IMG/VR virus record: IMGVR_UViG_3300012018_000002
Coordinates: 32,001-96,000 of that record
DNA length: 64,000 nucleotides
Strand: one strand, 5' to 3'
Origin: a virus
Taxonomy: Duplodnaviria; Caudoviricetes
Shown here: positions 17,302 through 25,623 of the stretch, piece by piece
Layout: each line of letters starts with the position of its first letter
How positions within the stretch are numbered: position 1 is the stretch's first letter
The notes under the pieces: model-generated
Database searches by the model: none
Told to the model about the DNA's origin: nothing
What the model saw: only the letters and a program-made list of their open reading frames with translations
Position numbers and translations under genes: made by a program

Positions 17302-18237
17302 TTGTAATAAAAAACTTTGATACTACTCCCATTTAATAGTAGTTCTCACCTCATTGGGATTATTACAGGTCACAGACGGATTTACCGTCTCACTGCATAA
17401 CATCAAAGTTTTTATAATTGTAATAAAAAGGTCTATTGTAATACTAAAAGGAGTTGATGAAAATCCTCTACCACATTTTACAGCATAACATGATATGTTG
17501 TGTATTGGTATTACAACTGCTCACCCTTGGGAGACTGATTAAATCTAAACATGTAGTTACTCAGGACAGTTTTTCCAATTAGAGGTTGCAATCTCTACAG
17601 GAAGTTTGAGGGCAAACTGACAAACCTTATTCACTCTTTCATCCGAGTTTAGGCATCTATTGTAATAATTATCCAATGACTACATGGACTGTCTGTTTAC
17701 TATTTCTAGTTACAATTATTACAATAGACCTAAACCTGATAATACTCTTAGCTATTATACCCCTATTTCAGGATAGCTTATCGGAGATATATCAGACCCA
17801 ATAGAATAGCTAATCTTTAATAGCGTGTATTGTTACATCTACTGTATTAGCTATTTATTGTGCACTCTTTAAAGAATAAATTAAAATAAGAACCTTCATT
17901 TTTCTCGACTAATAGCTATTCTTAATTCGCTAAGTCTCCCAACTATGAGTAAAGGATACTCTCACGTCGTGGAATTTAAAAATACATATTACATATAAAA
18001 ATGAATATTCATGTGGCATTCCTATAAGGAAGTGCAATACCACACCACTTAGGAGACAGCAGATTTTTTAATAATCCTGTTTTCGTGATTTATATTTATC
18101 CCTTTCGGGTCTCCACTTGTCTACACCATTGCAATGGCTGAATTAATAGTTCATAATAATAAAAGGTAAAAACGAATATAGCAAAACACCTATCTATCAT
18201 CCTTTTAGCAAGGTTGAGTCATTGATAGGCGTTTATG

Positions 18238-18660
18238 TCAATATAATACGATGTTGTTTATTGTGTATAAATGAGTTGAAAATGTATCATCAGTTATAAC
18301 CCAAAGAGCAATAGTCTCTTCATTTGTATCATCTTTTTGTCTAAATGATACTTCGTTATTAATTATTTGATTATTAAATTTTCTTGTAAGTTCATGCCTA
18401 ATGATACCTTTTATTAGATTACATTCTTCATCCAACACAACACATGGTTTATTATGAAAGTTATTAAATATGAAAGAGGTAAGTTTATATTCAATATCAC
18501 ATTGTTTATTAACAAATGTAAATCTATCTTTACTAGTTAACTTTTTAAATAACTTATTACAATCAGGATTATCATAAAGAAACCTGTTAAATTTCATGTT
18601 GGTATTAAACTCTTCTATGATATTATCAATAGACTGAGGTATTATTTCACTTATGAACAT
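18238..18660 (-). CDS. Hypothetical protein
   Basis: 140 aa ORF. Confidence 0.65.
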   Translation of the reverse strand: MFISEIIPQSIDNIIEEFNTNMKFNRFLYDNPDCNKLFKKLTSKDRFTFVNKQCDIEYKLTSFIFNNFHNKPCVVLDEECNLIKGIIRHELTRKFNNQIINNEVSFRQKDDTNEETIALWVITDDTFSTHLYTINNIVLY

Positions 18661-19249
18661 AATGCTATATTTATATGGTTAATTGAATTTGATGTTAAAT
18701 GAAATATGAGTAAAAATGATAGTAGAGAAAACTGCTCTTCATTTCTACTCATAATCTCCTGACTATCATTTACTTAAATAATAATCATACAAGTCATACT
18801 CTGACTTATAAAAGCTTAATTTATTCATGATAATATATTGAGGTGAATTAATTCAGATACAAAGTAAGCAGATATACTATAAAAGAGTAGTAATAATACA
18901 ATGCTTTCTTTCTAGGACATTATACTTCTTACTACTCTACACATAGAATAACAACTTTAGCAATGTTACCAACTAAAGCAAGTTCAGAGTTAAACTCTTA
19001 ATAATGTATTCGAGAATTTCTATACTAGTCTAATTTATATAGCATAAACTGGAATACATTATTAAAAGTAGAGCATGAATAACATACTCTACTAACCCTA
19101 ACCATATAACAACCAATTAGTTAGCTGTAGCTCATGACCTGAAGGTGGGAAACTACAGCACACAAGGCACAACCCTTGTATTAATATCTTAAAAGCTAGT
19201 GTAGACTTGAGGAGTTAGTCTACATCTAGCAATATGCGCTTTCTGGTTG

Positions 19250-19501
19250 TTAAGCCAGAAGTCCTGTAAGGTTTTTAACCACGTTTGTTTCTCTGTGGTT
19301 GATGAGACAAGCATCTTCCATTTTGTCATCTTCCCAAAGAAAGTCAAGAGGTTTGTCATAGTCGATGTTGTTTTCAACTTTGAACTTACCAACGTTGGTT
19401 GCGAGAAACAGTTTGCCATTTTGCGGGTTCTTAACAACTTCCATTGTGTTAATCCCAAGCTTAGCGGCGAAGCTTTTGTAGTTCATTGAATTTTTTGCCA
19501 T
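19250..19501 (-). CDS. Small phage protein at the start of the left arm (probable start MAKNSMNY at 19501)
   Basis: EVVKNPQNGKLF-containing 83 aa frame with distinct codon usage; the track extends it to 19582. Confidence 0.65.
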   Translation of the reverse strand: MAKNSMNYKSFAAKLGINTMEVVKNPQNGKLFLATNVGKFKVENNIDYDKPLDFLWEDDKMEDACLINHRETNVVKNLTGLLA

Positions 19502-19879
19502 AAGATAAAGCGGGGTGTTCCCCGCTAGTTTTTCAACGTAGTCCCCTTGATTGAGATGGTCTATACCCTCACAAATTTTCAAAAAAATTTTTTAGTAGAA
19601 AATATTTATCATATTAACTATTTTTAACATTTATAATGGAAAATATTTTTACCAGGATTTACTACTTTGTTCATGATATTTACCAAATGCTATATTGTAT
19701 ACAAAAGCTAACATTCTATACATTTATACTTGTAAAGGTATAACCTTACTTTAATAAAGAATTGTCAGGTCATAACCTTATTCTGTATACTCTATTAGAC
19801 ACTTTGAATTACAAAGGTTAAAAAGTGTTAAAGTTTTCCTAATAAGACCAAAACATGCAAAAGTGTCAAAAACTTTTTG

Positions 19880-19887
19880 TATGTTTG
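19880..19887 (+). promoter_or_regulatory. Bacteroidota-type -7 promoter element TATGTTTG
   Basis: Matches TAnnTTTG in the strand-switch intergenic region, facing the right arm. Confidence 0.45.
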
Positions 19888-20212
19888 CAATCGAAAGACA
19901 TGAACCCATGTATCCCCTCCGAGGGCGTAAGTAATTAGGAGGGCAGACAGAGGATTGGGTGGTTTAAGAATTTAAGAATGAAAAAGTGTCAACATTGTAA
20001 AGCTTTAAAAGCTGCTATTTTATACTTAAATGCTCATATTGACTGAGACATACTTACCATTGTTTTCTCCTCTACTTTCAAAAGTGAGAATATAGGGATT
20101 TGGGGTGGAATAAAGCTTAAAGGGTGATAGGCTCCACAGAGGGTGTAATCGAACAGCAAGTCCTGAAAGTTCAAATGAAAAAGTAAACTGTAAAAACGGT
20201 AGGGGATTTTCT

Positions 20213-20599
20213 ATGGTAAAAAGAAACATAATTCAAATCCCTCTTTTCCAAGGGGAAGTTGAAGTTTATACTAACAAGAAGAAAATGTTAGATAGACTAT
20301 TGGAAATAGGTTTGGTTAGAAAACTGAAAAAAGAAAAGACTGAAAAGTTCTTAGAATTGTTAGAGGGGGTAGTTTATTATGAGACAAAAACAGACCTTAT
20401 AATAATAGTATATTTACCTTCAAAATATAATGATATAACAACTTCTCATGAGGTTATTCATATCATTACTACTTTTTATAAGTATTATGATTTACCTGCT
20501 CCAAAGGAAGGTAAAGATGAAATATTTGCAAGATACCATGATTACTTCATGAGTGAAATAAAAAGTAAGATATATCGTATTCAGGATAAAACTGAATAA
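20213..20599 (+). CDS. Putative zincin-like metallopeptidase
   Basis: SHEVIH (HExxH) plus downstream DEIFA glutamate. Confidence 0.6.
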   Translation: MVKRNIIQIPLFQGEVEVYTNKKKMLDRLLEIGLVRKLKKEKTEKFLELLEGVVYYETKTDLIIIVYLPSKYNDITTSHEVIHIITTFYKYYDLPAPKEGKDEIFARYHDYFMSEIKSKIYRIQDKTE

Positions 20600-20637
20600 A
20601 TCATTCATTAAATAAATTAATTAATATCTTTACATCA

Positions 20638-21045
20638 ATGATTCCAGTAATAAAAGATGAATATAAAGTAGAGGAAAAAGAGTTCTATAGAATTTACTTT
20701 AACATCTTCAATATAAAATTAGATAAAAAGTTAACCCCACAAGAGATAGAGGTTTTAGCAATATTATGTAGTAAACCAATGAATTTCTATTTAGACAGTA
20801 AAAGGGCAGCAAATCACAAAAGTAGAAAATATGAGATAGCTGAAGAATTAGGAGTTAACAAAACAGTAATTTATGGGTTCTTAAATGGACTAGTTTCAAA
20901 AGGATTACTGATAAAAAAATCAGACGACTTTATGGAGTTACCACAAGGTATACAAACATTAAGGTCAGCAATAAAAAGTAATATAAAACAAAATCCTAAA
21001 AAAGAGTTTGTTTTTGATTATACATTTAATTTCACAGTAAAATGA
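20638..21045 (+). CDS. Winged-helix DNA-binding protein
   Basis: LTPQEIEVL...EIAEELGVNKTVIYGFLNGLVSKGLL. Confidence 0.7.
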   Translation: MIPVIKDEYKVEEKEFYRIYFNIFNIKLDKKLTPQEIEVLAILCSKPMNFYLDSKRAANHKSRKYEIAEELGVNKTVIYGFLNGLVSKGLLIKKSDDFMELPQGIQTLRSAIKSNIKQNPKKEFVFDYTFNFTVK

Positions 21046-21257
21046 TAATTGATAAAATAGATGAAGCTATAAAAGGATGGAGAAAAAAAGTTAATGCAGA
21101 CACTACTGATTTAACACCATCTTTTTTAATCCTTGACAGAGTATCTTACGCAGCCTTGCTTGATGCAAGAGGAATGGAAGAAGAAGACATTACTGAATAT
21201 GCAGGAATGATAATTCATATAGAACCTAAAGATGAAGGAAAAGTCGAGTGCATTTAA
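21042..21257 (+). CDS. Small hypothetical protein
   Basis: 71 aa, overlapping neighbours. Confidence 0.6.
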   Translation: MIIDKIDEAIKGWRKKVNADTTDLTPSFLILDRVSYAALLDARGMEEEDITEYAGMIIHIEPKDEGKVECI

Positions 21258-21735
21258 AGTAGAACATATGAATCCCTGGATGATGGGTGCAGTAGATACA
21301 AATAGGTGTGGAGAGTTAAAGTTTTTTGAAGGAAGTAAAGAACTAGACCCTGATGATGTTAACTTGTGGGATAAGGTAGATTCTAGTGTTTGGATTGAAG
21401 CTTATGATAAATCTGGTGAAAATATGCCTAATTATATGAAAGATTTATATCAAGCAGGTCTACCTAAAATAGCAATGACAGGAAAAAAAGCAGGTAAAGT
21501 TATCGTTTATGGAACTAGTGGAGACATGGACAAACATTCAAACTTTAAAGACCTATTTTACAATCCAGGACTAAGACAACAATTAAATAACAATGGCTAT
21601 TTTATTTCAGGAGCTAGTAGAAAAGGTAAGCAAGAAAACAGGTTATTCAGAACAATTAGTAAAGCTTTGTATAAGGCACAAGTTTTCCTGGTTAAGACAA
21701 CAAATGACATCTTCAGAAGAAGTCGCAATCTTTGA
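21232..21735 (+). CDS. Protein containing a fragment similar to the terminase ATPase
   Basis: GKVIVYGTSGDMDKHSNFKDLFYNP versus TerL GIAIIYGTGGDMEKGAKEFSEMFYNP. Confidence 0.6.
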   Translation: MKEKSSAFKVEHMNPWMMGAVDTNRCGELKFFEGSKELDPDDVNLWDKVDSSVWIEAYDKSGENMPNYMKDLYQAGLPKIAMTGKKAGKVIVYGTSGDMDKHSNFKDLFYNPGLRQQLNNNGYFISGASRKGKQENRLFRTISKALYKAQVFLVKTTNDIFRRSRNL

Positions 21736-21865
21736 CCAGTTTTGGGGAACTTATCAACTATCTGAAAAAAGAATTTACAACTATCTTAAAAGACATCCAG
21801 AGGATGAATATTTTAAAGAATTATTCCAGAAAATAAAACAACACAATAAATCACGAAAAAAATGA
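21593..21865 (+). CDS. HU/IHF-like DNA-binding protein
   Basis: ELVEKVSKKTGYSEQLVKLCI helix pair and FWGTYQL (FGTF-like) strand. Confidence 0.65.
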   Translation: MAILFQELVEKVSKKTGYSEQLVKLCIRHKFSWLRQQMTSSEEVAIFDQFWGTYQLSEKRIYNYLKRHPEDEYFKELFQKIKQHNKSRKK

Positions 21866-22431
21866 GTGAAATAATGAATGAAGATATTTCTTCAAAAAAC
21901 TATGATGAATTCGACTTTCCAGAAGGGTCAGAAAAAGAGCAAGAATATTTAAGAAAAAAACAAGAAGAAGTAGATACTTACAATCGAGAAATTACTAATT
22001 TCCATCCTTTTCTGAAAGAAAGAAAGTTTGTAGAAGGGAATATAATCGTAAGGTTATTTAAAATGGACATGGTAAAAGAGATAGAAGTAATGGGACAAAC
22101 ATCTCTTATTAGAGCTTACTCTAAAATGAAAGTTCCTAATGGTCATGATGAACATGGTAAAGAAAAATTCAAACATGTAGAAAATTTATTACCATATAAA
22201 TTTGAAGGTGTAATTGCAGGATTTGATACTAGTTTAGACAAACCATTCTTAAAAAAAGATTTAAAGGTTCAGTTATCTCCTTTTAACATTTTGGATTATA
22301 TTTATTATCCTGATAGAGAAAAAGAAGATGAACCTTGGACTGCTGAAGATGTAAAAAGAGGAAAAAATGTTTTACCTAATTTTGAAGGTTATGTTAAGAT
22401 TAGAGCAAACATGATAGAGAGTTATGAATAA
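21862..22431 (+). CDS. Putative enlarged GroES-like co-chaperonin
   Basis: Directly upstream of and overlapping groEL; GNIIVR...EGVIAG...LKKDLKVQL echo GroES DRVIVK...GEVLAVG...VKVGDIVIF. Confidence 0.45.
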   Translation: MSEIMNEDISSKNYDEFDFPEGSEKEQEYLRKKQEEVDTYNREITNFHPFLKERKFVEGNIIVRLFKMDMVKEIEVMGQTSLIRAYSKMKVPNGHDEHGKEKFKHVENLLPYKFEGVIAGFDTSLDKPFLKKDLKVQLSPFNILDYIYYPDREKEDEPWTAEDVKRGKNVLPNFEGYVKIRANMIESYE

Positions 22432-23953
22432 AATAATCGTATTCAATCAAGAAGCAAAACAAGCTTTAAAAAGAGGAATAGACAGTCTTGCTAATGCAGT
22501 AAGAGTTACTCTTGGACCAGAAGGTAAGACTGTCATTCTTGCTTCTTATAAAGATAATAAAGCCACTATTACTAAAGATGGTGTGTCAGTAGCAAGACAA
22601 GTGTTCTTAAAAGACCCAGTAGAAAATGCAGCAGCTCAAATAGTTAAAGAGGTAGCTAATAAAACAGCAGAAGATGCTGGAGATGGAACTACCACAGCTA
22701 CTGTTTTAGCACAAGCTTTAATAACTAATTGTATTGATAAGAATTTAACAAGTAAGTTTTTTAAGCAGCTTTTAGAAGATAAAGATGCAGTAATTGAAAA
22801 TATTAAATCTCAATCTAAAAAAATATCTTCTGAAGATACTGTTTCACTGATTAATGTTGCTTCTATATCTGCTAACAATGATAAAGAGATTGGTAAGCTA
22901 GTAGCAGAAGCAATACAAAAAACAGGTAAACATGGAATAGTAACTGCAGAAGAAGGAGATTCTTTTGAGACAAAAATAGTTCTTAAAAAAGGTTTGAATT
23001 TTGAATCTGGTTTTATATCTCCATTATTTATTAATGATACAGATAAGTTAGAATGTGAACTAAGTAACTGTTGTATCTTTATGTATGATGAAGAGTTAAC
23101 TAGAATTGAAGATGTATTACCTCAAATTAGATTTGCAAATGCAAGAAAAAAATCACTGCTGGTAGTTGCACCAGATATACACGGTGATGCATTAAGTGTT
23201 CTTTTAAGTCAGAAAAACCAAGGTTTTAAATGTGCTGCAGTTAAATCACCTAGTTTTGGTGAATATAGAAAATCATTAATGGTAGACATAGCAACATTAA
23301 CTGGTGGTGTAGTTGTTGAATCTCAAAAAAGAGTTAACTTTACTGAACTTTTAGAATCTCATTATGGTTTTGCTGAAAGAGTAATAATCACTAAAGATGA
23401 AACTACAATAGTTGAAGGTAAAGGAAAAACAGAAAAAATAGAGCAAAGAGTAAATCAACTAGAAAAGCAAATTGAGAATACTGGTAATGAATATGAAGTA
23501 AGAATAATGAAAGAAAGAATAGCTAAACTTCAAGGTGGTATTGCTGTAATTAAAGTTGGTGGTTATTCTGAAATTGAGATAAAAGAAAAGAAAGATAGAA
23601 TAGAAGATGCTATCTTTGCAGTTAAAGCAGCTTTATTAGAAGGTATTGTAGAAGGTGGTGGTATTGCTTATTTAAGAGCAAAAGACCTTTGTAAGACAAA
23701 AGAATTACAAGAAGCTCTTTCTACACCATTTGTTCAAATAATGACAAATGCTGGTACATTAGATATTCCTGCTTTACAAAACAATATAGTTCAAAAATAT
23801 ATTCCTGGTATTAATGCTAAAACAGGAAAGATAGTAAACATGTATGATGAAGGAATCATAGACCCATTAAAAGTAACAAGAGTAGCCTTAGAGAATGCAG
23901 TAAGTATTGCTGTAACTTTCTTAACTACTGAATGTATAATTGTAGATGAATAA
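22424..23953 (+). CDS. groEL: GroEL chaperonin
   Basis: VTLGP, ITKDGVSVA, AGDGTTTATVLA, ERIAKLQGG, GIVEGGG, GIIDP.KVTR.ALENA; lacks the GGM tail. Confidence 0.96.
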   Translation: MNKIIVFNQEAKQALKRGIDSLANAVRVTLGPEGKTVILASYKDNKATITKDGVSVARQVFLKDPVENAAAQIVKEVANKTAEDAGDGTTTATVLAQALITNCIDKNLTSKFFKQLLEDKDAVIENIKSQSKKISSEDTVSLINVASISANNDKEIGKLVAEAIQKTGKHGIVTAEEGDSFETKIVLKKGLNFESGFISPLFINDTDKLECELSNCCIFMYDEELTRIEDVLPQIRFANARKKSLLVVAPDIHGDALSVLLSQKNQGFKCAAVKSPSFGEYRKSLMVDIATLTGGVVVESQKRVNFTELLESHYGFAERVIITKDETTIVEGKGKTEKIEQRVNQLEKQIENTGNEYEVRIMKERIAKLQGGIAVIKVGGYSEIEIKEKKDRIEDAIFAVKAALLEGIVEGGGIAYLRAKDLCKTKELQEALSTPFVQIMTNAGTLDIPALQNNIVQKYIPGINAKTGKIVNMYDEGIIDPLKVTRVALENAVSIAVTFLTTECIIVDE

Positions 23954-23969
23954 AGAAGAATTTTAATAT

Positions 23970-24045
23970 TGCGAGTGGGTGAAATGGATTAATCATTCTA
24001 GGCTCATAACCTACGAGATAATGGGTTCGATTCCCATACTCGCTA
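23970..24045 (+). tRNA. tRNA-Met(CAT), initiator-like
   Basis: TGCGAGT/ACTCGCT with a 1-72 mismatch, CT-CAT-AA loop, T arm ATGGG-TTCGATT-CCCAT. Confidence 0.85.
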
Positions 24046-24049
24046 CATT

Positions 24050-24195
24050 GCAAAGAGATAGCTAACAAATAGACATTGGAGGTTTCCAGTTATTGATAAA
24101 ATTTGGAATCTGCTATCTCACATACATTGACTCATTGGCGTGATAAGTGGTCTCCAAAACCATGATTTGCAGGTTCGACTCCTGCTCTCTGTGCT
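24050..24195 (+). tRNA. Atypical tRNA-Trp(CCA) with a large insertion in the D region
   Basis: GTGGT-CTCCAAA-ACCAT anticodon arm, GCAGG-TTCGACT-CCTGC T arm; the 3' TCTCTGTGC pairs with GCAAAGAGA about 90 nt upstream of the anticodon arm. Confidence 0.6.
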
Positions 24196-24208
24196 AAATT
24201 AAAAAACT

Positions 24209-24364
24209 ATGGATGAAATAAAAACAAAACTATTGCAACAATTACATCGTGCAATAGAAAGTCTTGAAGGTCAAGATATTAACAATATTGAAGATGTAAA
24301 AAATTTTATGTTTATTATACAACAATCTAGTCAAATTATTAGTGTAATAAATAATTTAAACTAA
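24209..24364 (+). CDS. Small hypothetical protein (51 aa, MDEIKTKLLQQ...)
   Basis: A-rich leader, fills the gap between RNA genes. Confidence 0.5.
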   Translation: MDEIKTKLLQQLHRAIESLEGQDINNIEDVKNFMFIIQQSSQIISVINNLN

Positions 24365-24438
24365 GTGGTGTTTGAAAGAGTTACTTCAACTTTTCTGAAC
24401 AGAGTTACCAAATAAACTCTTTCTATTTTTCCCTTAGT
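24360..24438 (+). ncRNA. Minimal Y-RNA-like module (copy E) inside the tRNA cluster
   Basis: ACTAAG-T-GGTG..GAAAGAG-TTACTTC...CTCTTTC..TTTTCC-CTTAGT. Confidence 0.7.
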
Positions 24439-24442
24439 ATTT

Positions 24443-24515
24443 AGTTCTGTAGCCCAACGGAAGAGGCACATGCCTTAGGAGCATGATAGTAAGAGTTCGA
24501 GTCTCTTTAGAACTA
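24443..24515 (+). tRNA. tRNA-Leu(TAG) with short variable loop
   Basis: AGTTCTG/TAGAACT acceptor, CATGC-CTTAGGA-GCATG, 5-nt variable loop. Confidence 0.82.
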
Positions 24516-24520
24516 CAATT

Positions 24521-24591
24521 ATCCTTTTAGTTCAATGGAAGAACGCCATCTTTACATGGTGGTTAAAGAGGTTCGATTCCTTTAAAGGATA
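24521..24591 (+). tRNA. tRNA-Val(TAC)
   Basis: ATCCTTT/AAAGGAT acceptor, CCATC-TTTACAT-GGTGG. Confidence 0.87.
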
Positions 24592-24597
24592 CTAAAT

Positions 24598-24679
24598 TGA
24601 GTGGTAGACAAGCTGGAAAAATCAAGTGTCTGTAAAACATGCGTCTTTGACTATGGGGGTTCGAGTCCCTCTCACTCAA
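24598..24679 (+). tRNA. tRNA-Tyr(GTA)
   Basis: TGAGTGG/TCACTCA acceptor, CT-GTA-AA loop, long variable arm. Confidence 0.82.
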
Positions 24680-24764
24680 CAAATAAAACTCACGCTACTG
24701 AAGCCTCCTATATGGTGCTCTTAAGTGAAAGTAAATAGCTGTAGAATAGCGGAGTTTTTTATCA

Positions 24765-24837
24765 GCCAATTAAGCTTTGCTCGGTGAAGTCCTCACTTGT
24801 AATGAGGAGGAAGTGGGTTCAAATCCTACAATTGGCA
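24765..24837 (+). tRNA. tRNA-Thr(TGT)
   Basis: GCCAATT/AATTGGC acceptor, CCTCA-CTTGTAA-TGAGG. Confidence 0.87.
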
Positions 24838-24842
24838 CAATT

Positions 24843-25232
24843 ATGATAAAACAATGTAAAATATGTGGAAAAGAATATGGTAAACTTAAATCTTATGAAA
24901 GAAAAAGAAATAAGTGTTCATCTTGTCATACAAAAATTAGAAGGTTTATAAATAAAGAAAGAGCGGTAGCTTATTTAGGAGGAAAATGTAATAGATGTGG
25001 ATATACTAATCAAGAAGCTCTTGAATTTCACCATATAGACAAGACTACAAAAGATTTTAATATAGGATGTGTTGCAAATAAATCATGGGACTCTATATTA
25101 AAAGAAATAAAAAAGTGTGAATTATTATGTTCAAACTGTCATAGAATTGAACATACAAATAGAAACTCTAAAGAATTTATAGAAGCAGTAATTGAATATA
25201 AGAAAAATATGGAAACAGGGCAGGTCTGGTGA
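24843..25232 (+). CDS. Free-standing HNH endonuclease (start at ATG 24843)
   Basis: CxxC pairs, LEFHH, KCELLCSNCHRIEH; the track start at 24777 lies inside tRNA-Thr. Confidence 0.85.
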   Translation: MIKQCKICGKEYGKLKSYERKRNKCSSCHTKIRRFINKERAVAYLGGKCNRCGYTNQEALEFHHIDKTTKDFNIGCVANKSWDSILKEIKKCELLCSNCHRIEHTNRNSKEFIEAVIEYKKNMETGQVW

Positions 25233-25285
25233 TATTGCGCTTGTTTGAAGAACAAGATAACTCTGTTCAATTCAGAGTGTTTCCA
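25211..25285 (+). tRNA. tRNA-Phe(GAA)
   Basis: GGAAACA/TGTTTCC acceptor, CTTGT-TTGAAGA-ACAAG. Confidence 0.82.
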
Positions 25286-25352
25286 CAAAAGGGTTCATCA
25301 TTGCGATAGCAAATGGACAAGAGTTCTGACCTTCCTCTGATAAGGTCAACTA

Positions 25353-25423
25353 GCAAGTGTCGTATAATGGTAATACACTAGCCTTCCAAGCCTGTGATAT
25401 AGGTTCGATTCCTATTATTTGCT
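25353..25423 (+). tRNA. tRNA-Gly(TCC), anticodon stem with two mismatches
   Basis: GCAAGTG/TATTTGC acceptor, U73, CT-TCC-AA loop; CTAGC/GCCTG stem is imperfect. Confidence 0.72.
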
Positions 25424-25539
25424 CATGATTAAAATAGTTCCAATAGAAGAAGAATTAGAAAACAATATTTCTCGACCATACACTAAAAAACAATGGCAGA
25501 AATTTGAAGAAGAAGCTAAAAGTTATATAGATAATATAT

Positions 25540-25611
25540 TTTCGGGTAACTCAGTGGTAGAGTGCATTCCTGATAAGAATGTGGTCGTAGGTTCAACTCC
25601 TACCCTGAAAA
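25540..25611 (+). tRNA. tRNA-Ile(GAT)
   Basis: TTTCGGG/CCTGAAA acceptor, CATTC-CTGATAA-GAATG. Confidence 0.88.
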
Positions 25612-25623
25612 CAAACATAAACT

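Noticed and set aside
19124-19160. Hammerhead-like CTCATGA...GAAA
   Set aside because: Core is CUCAUGA rather than CUGANGA and flanks form a single closing stem with no cleavage junction
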